This document shows, piece after piece, positions 1 to 10,970 of a DNA stretch of 64,000 nt. Within the stretch, counting starts at the first letter, position 1. Each line of letters starts with the position of its first letter. Made by a program: the position numbers and the translations under genes. Location: positions 12,898,001 through 12,962,000 of the forward strand of contig CM052816.1 of assembly GCA_028534125.1 (NCBI GenBank), written 5' to 3'. The notes under the pieces are model-generated. The model ran no database searches and had not been told where the DNA came from. It saw only the letters and a program-made list of their open reading frames with translations. The DNA comes from Lama glama. Taxonomy: Eukaryota.

Positions 1-749
1 GCATCTCTGATTATGATAGATGTTAGATATCACATTGAAACAAACCTGGCACTGGCCCTTGAGGAGATTATAATCTGCTTGGGGCGGTGAAAAATAGACA
101 ATAACAAATAAACCAACAAGTAAATGTGGGATTGCAGTTCAGTGTCCTATAAAAGGGGTCCAGCGGTGAGCTCTTATCCTGGGTGACCTCAGCTCTCTGT
201 CCAACAATTTCTAGACCTTAATTCCTGTGACCTTCTTCGCCACTCCAGCCACCTGGCAGCCCTTCCTCAAGGTCTTCCCTGCTGTGATCTTGACATTTCC
301 GAGCCCTTCTGTGATGGTGGTCTCATGAATGTGTGTCTCTCACGCTCCCTTGGGCCATAGTCAGCCTTTGCTCTGCTCTCAGTTTGCATCCCCCTTTCTG
401 ACTTGTCTTGCTCAACCTGGACTCTGTGGCAGGTCAATTTAGCGGTGGCCTCGTTCCGGCTACAAAATCCTGCTGATCTTCGTCAGAATCTTTCCCCATC
501 TGTGCCCATTTGTCTGTTGCTCTCCAGGCAGAAGAGGGAGTCCCTTGCCCCTGCAGGCATCCCACGATGAGGGTGGGTGGTACCTGAGATGCATCTTGTA
601 GATGCAGTTCACTCCCGCAGACCTGCTTGCCTGCCAGGCTCTTTCCCACAGCTGTGTGTTGACCGCTCACAGTTTTTCCGGCACTGCAGATGGCCCAGGC
701 ACCTATGAGCAGTCTACGATCTGGAAGGAGCAGTTCAGGTGGACTGAGC

Positions 750-1010
750 ATTACGGGAGAGACAGGGTGTCTTGAGGAGGCCAGGAGCTGGGGCCCCTAC
801 CCTGCAGGCCCCCAAGGTCATGTTAACATTTTGAACTTAGAAAGAAACAAGGGAAAAACACTAGCCAGAATTGTCGCATAATTTGATTTGCAGTCTCTGA
901 AAGACCACACTGACTATCATACCGGGAATGGATTCGAGAGGGTGGAGCGGGAGCAGAAAGAGTGGTTAAAACCTGTGCAGTGACCTGAGTGAGAGGCGAT
1001 GGCTTCCCGT
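750..1010 (-). mobile_element. L2 LINE fragment
   Basis: tgatttgcagtctctgaaagaccacactgact...tgcagtgacctgagtgagaggcgatggc resembles the antisense L2 3' region. Confidence 0.6.
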
Positions 1011-1394
1011 GGGTAAAAGCTCTGCTAGTAGAACACTAAGTTCCCATCACCTTTTCGGCCCTTGGACTCTGCGATTGTCCACAAGTGCCTGGAGGCCCTG
1101 GCCCCAGACTCCCTCCCCTAATTTGTCTCACGTAGAGAGCCTTGTCCCCCATCCTGTATGCTCCGCTCTAGAGGAAATGAGCCGCCCTGTCCCCCGAACA
1201 CTGGCACATTCCAGCCCCAGGCCCTTGCTCACACTGCTCGCCCAGCCTGGGCATCACCCCCACTCCCGTCTGTTCTGAGTCACACTCCAATCGCCGCGGA
1301 CACAACGGATGCAGTCCTCTCCCGATTTACGCGTATAGCTCTCCTTTACCACCATCACGGTATGGCTTGCCTTCCCCTAGGTTCATCCCTGCCG

Positions 1395-1520
1395 CCTCCT
1401 CATTGTGAATCTTGTAGGATGGGGGGTCTTATTTTGTTGGTGCTTTTATTCTCCTCTTCAAACTCATGCTACCTTGCAAAGTGGGGTATTTTTACGGGGG
1501 TTAAACGTTTGTTGAATCAA
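1395..1520 (+). mobile_element. L2 3' end
   Basis: tgtgaatcttgtaggatggggggtcttattttg...aaacgtttgttgaatc, a typical L2 terminus. Confidence 0.5.
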
Positions 1521-1528
1521 ATCAAAAA

Positions 1529-1592
1529 GAATCCAATTCCATGTAATCCAGTCCAGTCCAATCCAGTCTGATTCAATTCAGTTCAGTTCAGT
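1529..1592. repeat. Degenerate pentamer repeat (AATCC/AGTCC/AGTTC)n at the L2 tail
   Basis: aatccaattccatgtaatccagtccagtccaatccagtctgattcaattcagttcagttcagt. Confidence 0.75.
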
Positions 1593-2310
1593 GCCTTGCA
1601 TTTTAAGTATCTTCTTCGTAAGGTGTAAGCCCTTAAGCTCAGGCACCTGTATAGTGTTTGTGGGCCCTACCTAGCTCATACAGTAGGTAATTAATACATG
1701 CTCATTGACTGGTTCACTGAAGCTTAAAGCCACCCTTTGTCTTGTAAGTGTAAGTTGCCCTCAGACCCTTCTTCCTTTCTATTTTAGCGATACTGGTAAC
1801 TGTTTTTCGTGTCAACTGTGACATGTGTCAGCTTGAAAGTTATAATGCCATACAATTAAATGGCCAGGAAATGTCACATGGACCCTTAAGGAATTCCAGC
1901 ATGTAGGCAGCTGTGGACAAAGGTGTTAACCCAGTACACTGTTACAACCAGGCTGAGGCTTAAGAGAAAAAGCAGTCACTGCTGAAGTGGGGAAGGGCGT
2001 TGTGGTTGTGGTTATGCACGTAAGAGATGATGTGAAGAGCCTCCCCCTGAATATCTACTTTACCAAAGGGAGCTCTCCTGTGATGCTAACAGGCGATGGT
2101 GACCTTTGTCCTACCCTAGTTGCTCAAGGACATCATCTGCAACTCGCAGGACCCCATCACATCTAACTCACTGGTATTACATCCGGGACACTTTTTACAC
2201 ATGGGTCCAGCATCACTTATGTGAACTTACCTGAGAACAGGTGGTTCATCCTTCAGATCACCCACTGCCCATTTCTTATGCAATGGAGATGCCCTTGGGA
2301 AGGACATATC

Positions 2311-2470
2311 TTTTTATTGTGGTAGAATATACATAACGTAAAATTTACCATTTCAGCCATGTTTAAGTGTCTGGTTCAGTGGCATTTGCACAGTCACATT
2401 GTCATGCAACCATCAACAACATTCATCTCCAGAACTCTGTCACTGTCCTAAACTGAAAGTCTGTACCTAA
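2311..2470 (-). mobile_element. L1MB-type 3' end
   Basis: tttttattgtggtagaatatacataacgtaaaatttaccatttcagccatgtttaagtgt...caaccatc matches the antisense L1MA/MB 3' UTR. Confidence 0.8.
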
Positions 2471-2474
2471 TCAT

Positions 2475-2970
2475 ATTTATTTGTTAATTATAAAATAATA
2501 TCTTCTAATGGTAGGAAATTCAACAATATCAGAGTGTAGACAGTAAAACGTGTAAGTTCCTTTCCCGTCCATCCCAGAGCCACCTTTTGCTGTTAAGAAT
2601 TAATTTGTACCCTATTGGATCTTTTTGGTGTGTGTGCATTATCCACACATACACGCAAGTCCATAGAAATATATTGTTTCACAAAAATTAAATTATAATA
2701 TGTGGGCTGTTTTGCTTTTTCTATCCAACCGCATATTACGGATATTTTCCCACGTCCTAATCCATGGCTGGACTGTATTCCTTTTTCTGACCACTTAGTA
2801 TTCTGTCATATGCATGCACCATAATTTATTTAACTATTATCCCAATTATGAACACTTAACTTTGTTCTTAAGTTTTGTTCCTTAAAAAAAAAAACAGTGT
2901 TGTAATAAAAACTCTGATAACCCTAAAGCAAACATTCCTGTAGGACACATTTCTAAAGGTTGAATCCCTA
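2475..2970 (-). mobile_element. Old L1ME-type 3' UTR fragment
   Basis: AT-rich, with L1ME-like phrases (ataatttatttaactattatccc, aaacagtgttgtaataaaaact). Confidence 0.55.
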
Positions 2971-3046
2971 AATATAAAGGTTTGCAAAGTAGGGGAAAGT
3001 TGATGTATAATGGCCACCGTATGTTAACTGCTCGTTTCCCAGTCGT

Positions 3047-3493
3047 GTGTGGGGAAGAAGGGCTCTGGGTGTACCGGCCGTTGGTGGCTCCCGGCTGAGT
3101 GTGGACTTGCTGGAAGTCACTGCCCTCTTTGATAGGACTCCAGATACTCTCAGAGGAGGAGACGACAGAACAGAAAGGAAACGACTAGTGCATAGATCAT
3201 GGTGGGTTGATCCAGTTTGGAAAAATGAGACACACATGCTTATGTGTCGACTTTTCACCTCACTCTACCGAGCGAAGGCAGCGGGCATGTGTCCAGCTTC
3301 CTTGCTGTAACTCCTCTCCACATTCAGCTCATCGTCCTCATTCATGCACAAGACGACTCTGGGCTTCGAGCTAGACCTCACCAGTGTCAACATTCCTCTG
3401 TGCCTTAGAGCCGCACAATTTTCAATTCCATCATTCAGATTTTTCCAAACATGCCGAGAGACTATGGAAAAGAATGACCTACTTGCAAATTAA
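3047..3493 (+). pseudogene. Putative decayed PIF/Harbinger transposase N-terminal fragment
   Basis: One frame with a single internal TAA (3308-3310): ...ALFD...RKRLVHRSWWVDPVW...LFTSL...GMCPASLL*LLS...LCLR...SFR...RETME; motif order resembles recalled Harbinger transposases; not database-verified. Confidence 0.4.
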
Positions 3494-4599
3494 GTTTGAA
3501 ACTTCTGAGCAGTGTTTTCTGCTCACTATTAGCAAAGTCCCAAAGCAGAGCTTCCCTCATCTGGGGTAAAGGAGACTTGTGTTAACAGTTTCTGTTGTTT
3601 TTTTTAAAGCTGGTAATAAACTGGGGCAGTGCTGGACCAGTGCATGACTCTCTGGTATTTGCATAGCATAAGCTTACATCCATTAGAAAAGCATGCGGTT
3701 CATTTATTTTTCCACTAAAATCAATGGTTTTAATTAAGGAGATAATTAATGAAATTTAAAACTTGGAGAGGTGATTGGTTTTGCCAGTAAAAGACCATGC
3801 ATAATAAAGGACCATGCTAAGTCCTACCCGCACCCCCCACGCCCCAAAAAAGAATTTTCTATAATTAGCTCACATGTAATTCATTCATTTGAAAGGCAGT
3901 TATGTACACGAGCAAAAACCCAGACTGCTGAGCTGGAGGGTTTCTAGCAACTGGACTCTGGGAATAACTGTTGAAGAGCAGAAAAACCTTAAGCCAATAT
4001 TTTCCCTGATATAGTACACTTTGTGGCAACTTTCCATAGCAACTCCGTGAAAGGGGCCTTTTGTTTTAGAGCCAAGCCTATCTGAAATGAGATTACTCTT
4101 TTAAGAACAGTTTTTTCCGTAAGGCCAGGTTTTAAGAGCGGGAATATCCGATCTCACGCTCCTCGTGACTAAGTTGAGGAAAGAGACCTGAGGAAACCCG
4201 CTCTGTGGCCATGGCTCTGGGAGTTTAAAAAAGTCAACGGGGCGCTTTGGAAATAGATAGAATCTGAGTCGTCAGTGTACCCACACTGATGCATAGGGCA
4301 TTCGGAGTCGGGCACTGCCTCTCTGAGCTATGTGCTGAGCTGGAAACCTTTCAGACATGGCGGGGATTCCTCTCAGATGTCTACCAACAAGTTGCCAGTT
4401 TGTTGTAGTATATTTTTAGGGGGCCTCTGTCCAACTTACAAGGACCCCTATAACTTCTTTTCACCTGGAGTGATGGGTCCCTGGCAGCCAATTTCTTTTG
4501 TGTGTCTCTACTGGCCCTCCCTTCCACTGGCTGGCCAACCAAATTCTCCTTCTCAGAAAGTTTGGCATTTAGACTAAAATAACACAGTTGAGGTCTGGG

Positions 4600-4892
4600 C
4601 TGGTAAATGGAAGAAATCTGCTCTGAATTTTAGGATACCCATGTTTTATTGCCATGTGCATACAAAAGCAGAGAAAAAGAGAGACAGACAGAGGAGCAGA
4701 TGCAGAGAGACGAGCAGAAAAGAGAGATGGAAGAGAGGTCTTTATGGTTCCTGGTTCCGGTGATTTCCTGAAGCCTGGCTGAGTTCATGACTTCGGGGTC
4801 TTCATGATAATCCTCTTATAACAGGTACCCCACTTTTACTTAGGTTAACCTGAATAGAGCTCTGTTTCTTGCAACAAAAGACCCAGCTAATG
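4600..4892 (+). mobile_element. Old MaLR (MLT1J/K-like) LTR, 3' part
   Basis: Ends ttacttaggttaacctgaatagagctctgtttcttgcaacaaaagacccagctaat, like the MLT1 terminus; start approximate. Confidence 0.6.
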
Positions 4893-4964
4893 TCCATGTT
4901 AGAGTATGTATTTAATGAGAGGTCAGCTACGTATAGAGCACAGAGAGGGAAAGAGGAAAGAAAA

Positions 4965-5160
4965 AATTGCTGAGTGCTCTCTATGTGTCAAGCAATTTGC
5001 TAAACACTTTAAAAGTTATTTTCCTAATACTCCTCAACATATCTCTAACAATAGATGTTATTTCCCCCCATGTTTTCAGGTAAGGGATCTGAATTTCAGA
5101 GGCTCATCCTTGAGTTACATGGCGAGTGGGCGGCCAGTCTGGGTTGTGGACTCGGATTTG
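4965..5160 (-). mobile_element. MIR SINE
   Basis: ttgctgagtgctctctatgtgtcaagc...cccatgttttcaggtaagggatctga, antisense MIR core. Confidence 0.7.
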
Positions 5161-5199
5161 GGCAGCTAGGGCCGGGCTGTGGTCTAACTTTGATAGAGA

Positions 5200-5330
5200 A
5201 CACTTGCCTTTATATTTGTGTGATCTTGACCAAGTCACTTCACCCCTATTTGGGCCTCTGTTTCCCTTTTTTGAAACATGAGAAGCTTGGGTAAATATAA
5301 TATTCTCAAAGGTCCCTTCCAATTTCAGGA
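5200..5330 (+). mobile_element. MIR3/MIRc SINE
   Basis: tgtgtgatcttgaccaagtcacttcaccc...gcctctgtttccc...tctcaaaggtcccttcca. Confidence 0.7.
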
Positions 5331-5659
5331 GCGTAGTATCATTTGAATGATTCATTTAGAACCATGCTTCTGCGTCCAGGTGGTTGATGGGAGATGGGGG
5401 CAGGGGTGAGTTATTTCCAAGCCTCCTTGAGTGCCTTTTCAAACTATACATCCTTCATCCCGTACTTCTCCCCAGAGCTCTGCTTAGGGTGGGACAGTTG
5501 CAGGTGACAGAGCTGGGCTTTGAACCCAGACCTGCCTTATCATTTCATTATGCTGCTGCCCTCTCTTTTACGAAGTTCCAATATTTTTTTCAACTGAATT
5601 GCATTAATACTGACCATAAATGATGAATGTGTCCTGTTTTGAATGCTTTGCACATTTGA

Positions 5660-6035
5660 GCATCAACTCGTCAATTTCTAATACAAGTTTTGCCGGTGTT
5701 TTTATGGCAACTTTCATTGGAATTGCATTGAGTCTATAGGTGAGTTTAGGGGTATTGCTTTCTTAACAATGTTGAGTCTTCTAATCCATGAACCTAGTAT
5801 ACTTCTCCACTTTGTTCAAAGGTCTTCTTGAATTTCTCTCAGCACTGTTTTAAAGTTTCCAGTGTAGAATTTTTGCATGTCGTTTATTAATTTATTTCTA
5901 GGTGTTGGATATTCCTGGGTGGTATTATGGTATTATGTTTGTTTTCCAGTTATGTGTTAATGGTATATAGAAATACAGTTGACTTTAATATATTAACTTT
6001 ATTTCCTATGACCTGATAATACTAGAAATTTGGTA
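5660..6035 (-). mobile_element. L1M ORF2 fragment (decayed, C-terminal RT region)
   Basis: ggaattgcattgagtctatagg...ttaacaatgttgagtcttctaatccatgaac, antisense of the SWI.RLNIVK segment of L1 ORF2. Confidence 0.8.
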
Positions 6036-6099
6036 ATTAATGACACGAGAGACTTTGGACATGAAAAATACTGTTTTGGCGTTCAAGTGACAAAGTATA

Positions 6100-6618
6100 C
6101 TTTGTAGGCAGAATAATGTCCCCTCCCCCCAGAATGTCCATGTCATAATCCTCAGAACATTTGACTGTGTTAGGTTATATGCAAAAGGGAAATTCAAGTT
6201 GCAGATGGAATTAAGATTGCTGATCCGCTGACTTTAAGAGAGGGAGATTATTTTGGATTATTTGAGTGAGCCTAATGTAATCAAGAGTCCGTAAAAGTGG
6301 AAGAGGAGAGGTAGGGGGGTGCATGATTAGAGGAATGACTGGAGAGATGCAATATTGTTGGCTTTACAATTGGAGGATGGGGCTATGAGTCAAGAAATAC
6401 ATGTAGCATCTGGAAGCTGAAAAGGACAAGGAGATGAATTCTTCCTTAGAGCCTCCAGGGAAAAAATATAAATATATAGTCCTGTCAACACCTTGGTTTT
6501 GGCCCAGTAAAACCCCTGTTGAACTTCTGACCTCCAGAACAATAAGATGATAAATTGTGTTGGTTTAAACCATTACGTTTGTGGTAATTTGTTTCATCAG
6601 CCATAGAAAACGAATACA
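6100..6618 (+). mobile_element. MLT1D-like solo LTR (ERVL-MaLR)
   Basis: Starts gtaggcagaataatg, contains gcagatggaattaagattgctgat, ends atagaaaacgaataca; 5-bp TSD GTATA at 6095-6099 and 6619-6623. Confidence 0.9.
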
Positions 6619-7380
6619 GTATAGTTCAGAGTCACCGTCTGTTCATGGAACCTGCCCCAGGCTGGCATCCTGCAAACTGCCAGCTTTGGAAACAGTAGAC
6701 ATTTTTGCCACCATTTATGCAGCAAAGCTGAATGATCTTCAGGAAGATTTGAAAGCAGGTAATAGACAGCAACAAAATGAGAGCTAGATCAGGAGAGAGA
6801 GAAAAAAAAAAAACTTGGTAGATGCCACATGGTCATGGCAATAGCCAGGGTGATTTGTAGGAATAAGTGGAGCACCACTTGAGAGGATGTCTTTCAGTGG
6901 GAACAAATTCTATTTTGAGAAAGTAAGAGTCTGAAAGACATTGTAAGTTATATATACGTGTGACCCTCTTTGTAGCCTCGTGTAGGTGAGGCTGAATGAT
7001 TCAGGTTATATAAATAATAATAGTTAATTACACTACTTGTTAAACCTTTTGAGTTCATAAATGAAATATTTTTACATATAATTAGGGGAGATTGGAAGTT
7101 GCCCCTATAATGAGATCATCCTTGCATACTTGTATTCTAATATCTTGAGCAGGAAAAAAGAGGGTAGAATGTGAGAGGTTGTGCTGGGAATTACACTCAG
7201 CCCTTGGACTGATCCTCTCTGCCATCTAAGGCTGAGTGATCTCCCATCATCGATAATTCATTGACAGGTGTCATGATTATGGATTACTGTCGTGTGTCTA
7301 AGCTGTGGTTTCAGGATGCTTGCTGTCATTTCCTTTCCCCCCAAAGTCTCTATTTTTAATAAAGAGCATGGCAAGGATAG

Positions 7381-7487
7381 TTCATGTATGACTGAAGCAC
7401 TGTGCTGTACATCAGAAATTGACACAGCATTGTAAACTGACTGTACTTCAATAAATATATACATATATATACACACACAAAATAAAA
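7381..7487 (+). mobile_element. Severely 5'-truncated lineage-specific L1 3' end
   Basis: ttcatgtatgactgaagcactgtgctgtacatcagaaattgacacagcattgtaaactgactgtacttcaataaa plus tail; ~20-bp TSD at 7361-7380 and 7488-7507 with 2 mismatches. Confidence 0.85.
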
Positions 7488-8084
7488 AAAGAACAAGGCA
7501 AGGATAGATGAGGAAAATATGGTGTATTTTTACCTTCCATGCATATCAGTGAAAATGATGCTACCTGTGACGTTTCAGTTAATGATAAAGCAGGAGCTCC
7601 AGAGACCAAATCAGAAGTAAAGTGATTTGCCGTAATATTACTCATAATAACATGTAAAAATGTGTCAGGATCATGTGACATATAATATTTGCCTCTAAAA
7701 TGAGTTGTATCTGTGCTTATTCTTTTGTGTTATAATTGGTCCTCTCACTCGTCTTGCCTGTGGAGCAAAAGTCTGAAGACTAAACTAAAAAAGAATATAC
7801 GTATGTATGTTTATATGTATGTTTTGTTTCCCCTCACACAATGACAATTTGGAAATAGCAGATGATCAGCTTTATAACTGACATCCTTGCAAAATTCTTT
7901 CATTAGTTATTCTCCCAAGAGAAATCCATGTGCTATTTAAGCTTTTGCCAATAGAAAAAAATATGGATGTGCTTATGAGAATAACAACGTCTTCTCTCAT
8001 TTCAGTTTCTGAGTTAAGGAGGGGAAGTTGGAAACGGCTGACTTATAGTGGCCCCAACAAATTCCATTTCCATTTTTTTGCTTT

Positions 8085-8340
8085 TCAGTTTAGTTAAAAT
8101 TATTGACTTTCCACTGCACCAAGCACTGTGTTAGGTGCCAAGGATACAGAGATGATTAAAACACGGTTCCTTTCCTCAAGAAGGCAAAGCTATGATGGAG
8201 GCAGACAAGTGCCTCAAACCAAAATGCAAGACTGTGAAGGCACCAAGGATGGAGTGATTTATTTTGCCTAAAGAGAAGTGAACTTTTCACGGAAGGGATG
8301 ACATTTGAAAGGGCCTTGAAGGAAAAGGAGAAGGCCAGTA
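8085..8340 (-). mobile_element. L2 fragment
   Basis: caagcactgtgttaggtgccaaggatacagagatgattaaaacacggttcctttcctcaag. Confidence 0.75.
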
Positions 8341-8639
8341 CTTCTACATTATAAACAACGGAACAGCATAAAAACTCGAAAAGAAGTTTCAGTTTGTGTT
8401 CTGCGAGCTGCCTGTGTAACTGGAACTGGGCATTTATTCAGGGGAGGGGTTGCCTGAGGGAACCGGTCAGGAGGTGGGAAGAGCAAAGGTTCTCCTGGCC
8501 CCATCAGCCCCGTCTTCCCAGTCCAAGCATCCTCCACCTGTGGGAAGTGAAAAGGAACCGGACGTCTTCAGTGCCCATCACCCACACCTCTTGCAAAGTC
8601 TGCCCAGCACTCTGGGTTTCCTTAAAACAATTGATAGCA

Positions 8640-8815
8640 GAGTCTTTCTGCCACTTCCTGCCTCTGAGATGGTGTCATGCAAGTTACTTAAGCCTTAGGT
8701 TCTTTATCTGCAAACCAGGGGAGGTAATACCTCTGTTAGATGTTTTTGTGCAGATGAAAGAGAGACGTGCCCGTGAAGTCCGCAGCACGTTGCCTGACCC
8801 AGGAGACTGGTAGCA
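8640..8815 (+). mobile_element. MIR SINE
   Basis: tctgccacttcctg...gcaagttacttaagcc...atctgcaaaccaggggaggtaatacct. Confidence 0.7.
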
Positions 8816-9569
8816 GGGTGACAGCACTGACTGACGATGGTGATGCGGTGCTGATGACAGTTACGGTGAAGGACATGCCTGGTCTCTGGGCTGCCTTGGG
8901 AAGATCCCATGAGGTGGGTAAGAACACCGTGATCCAGGCAGCCTGGCTCTGACCCAGGGCAGCTTCCTGCCCATCTGGGCTCCCCTCGCCGTTGTTCCCG
9001 TGGCTCAGGTGGCGCGGGCAGCTGCTCCAACTGCTGCCGCTGGTGCCCCGACAGCTGTGGTGAGCCAGGCGACGGTCTGTTCAGCCAAACCTCAGCGAGA
9101 AACCATCAGCCCTAACTACTCCCAGCAACAAGGTCCCCGCCTCCTCCTCCTCGCTCCCCTCCCCTGCTGGCGCCCATCCTTTAATTCACCCGCCGTCATT
9201 TTCTTCTCCCTCATCTTGATTGACTTCCATCCTGGCCCTTTGCTGCCCCTTGCCCTCCCTTTCTCCCTCTTCCTCATTCCCTCCCTTTTCTTGTCCTTCT
9301 TCCCTGCGTGCTTGCTCTTGTTCGGGGTCTGGTTTTGCAGCATGGGGTGATAGAAGGAGTCCTGAAGGTGAGGTCAGGAGACTCAGAGACTGGTCGTGCT
9401 TCTGAGATGATGGGGAAGCCGCCTCGCCTTCCTGGGATGTGGTTTTCTCATCTGCAGAAATTTAGGGGTTGGACCAGAATGATCTGCAAGTGTTCTTTCC
9501 GCTGTAAACTCCCATTCTGTTACCCTTTGTTCTGGTCACCTTTGTGCCTGCTTTTCCTGTTTCAGCTGA

Positions 9570-10006
9570 CTCATCTCTCCACCTGCCTCTCTCGTCTGCA
9601 TCCCCACCCATTTGATCCAAGGTACCATCACCTCTCCCAGGGTCCACCGAAGTACCTCCTGCTGGTGGAGTCTCCCTGCTTCCGTTCTTATCACTGCCCA
9701 ATACTTTACCCACATAGAAGCCAAGGTGGCCTTTAAATACGTGGGTGAGCTTGCTCACTCCTTGCTTTAAATTCCTCCAAACTCCTTTATTGTCGTTGTC
9801 TATCCCACTACCTGGTGTATTCTCTTCAGAGCAATTCATACTGCCTGAAACGCTCTTTATTCACTCATCAGTTGCTGAACGTGTTTGTACTTATTATTAT
9901 CTATCTTCCCCGTCGGAACACAGGCTCCACAAGGGAAGGAACTTGTCAGCTTTGTTCACTCTGTATGTTCGTTGCATTTAGTGTTCTTCCAATAAATGTT
10001 GAATAA
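9570..10006 (+). mobile_element. L2 3' region
   Basis: Pyrimidine-rich L2 body, ending gctccacaagggaaggaacttgtcagctttgttcact...aataaatgttgaataaa. Confidence 0.75.
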
Positions 10007-10412
10007 AGAACCTCGCTCTGCCAGGGGACCCATCTCCCCTCCTCTTGAGATGATCTCCCAATTACACAATTTTTTTAACTTAGAAATATCTCTGCCTGCC
10101 AGAAATTATACCTATCTTTCCTTCTCCATCAGCTCTGGCATAATTTCCCTCGTTAATTTTTCTCAGTCACCCAGGACCATGTTCTCACAGGATATGGTAG
10201 CAAACAATAGCAACGTTGAAACTAGTTCTTCTGTTGCTTTCATTTCAATCTGTGCTATTGGGTGTGTTTGAAAAAAATTACAGGGCAACCCTTAGACTTT
10301 AATGTATTTAGATTTTTTATACAATGCCAAGAAAGAAAATTCTTTAAGAATACTAAATTCTTCCAAATTCTGTGCTTGGTTCTTAGGGAGATGTTAGGAG
10401 TGGCTAGGTTCT

Positions 10413-10788
10413 TTTTTTTAATTAGTGATTTATTTTTATTGAAGTAGAGTCTGTTTACAATGTTGTGTCAATTTCCAGTGTACAGCATAATGTTTCAGTC
10501 ATATGTATACATACATATATTCCTTTTCATATTCTTTTTCATTACAGGTTACTACAAGATAGTGAATATAGTTCCCTGTGCTATACAGGGAATAAATTCG
10601 TTATTTGTCTGTTTAATGTATAGTTGTTAGTATCTGCAAATCTCAAACTCCCAATTTATCCTTTCCCATCCCATTTACCCCTCTGGTAACCATAAATTTC
10701 TTCTCTATGTCTGTCTGTTTCTGTTTTGTAAATAGGTCAATTTGTATCCTTTTTTTTTTTTTTTTGAATTCCACATGTAAGTGAGAAA
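10413..10788 (-). mobile_element. Artiodactyl-type L1 3' UTR insertion
   Basis: tttttattgaagtagagtctgtttacaatgttgtg...atatagttccctgtgctatacag; perfect 12-bp TSD TGGCTAGGTTCT at 10401-10412 and 10789-10800. Confidence 0.9.
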
Positions 10789-10809
10789 TGGCTAGGTTCT
10801 CTAAAAAAA

Positions 10810-10970
10810 AACCCTTTGAAGTTGGTGATGTGAATATGCTAGTTTTATATATAACATAAGTTGGGAATTAGAGACTGTGTAGCTAGGTCAAGGTCACAGA
10901 GCCAGAGGGGCGTGGAGCCAGGATTTGAACTGAGGGAGTGTGATGCCAGAACAAAGCTCCTGGTCACCAT
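10810..10970 (-). mobile_element. MIR SINE
   Basis: tcaaggtcacagagccagaggggcgtggagccaggatttgaactgagg. Confidence 0.7.

Noticed and set aside
1529..1592. Regularly spaced short repeats as a CRISPR-like or other array
   Set aside because: Degenerate 5-mer simple repeat with no unique spacers; no CRISPR or prokaryotic features anywhere in the window
3008..3408. Terminal inverted repeats with TAA/TTA target sites around the putative Harbinger relic
   Set aside because: Only patchy similarity (GGC...ATGTT.AC), and the right-hand candidate lies inside the proposed coding remnant
8394..9839. Cluster of overlapping 100-140 aa ORFs on both strands
   Set aside because: They cross MIR, L2 and low-complexity tracts where stop codons are depleted; no coherent protein
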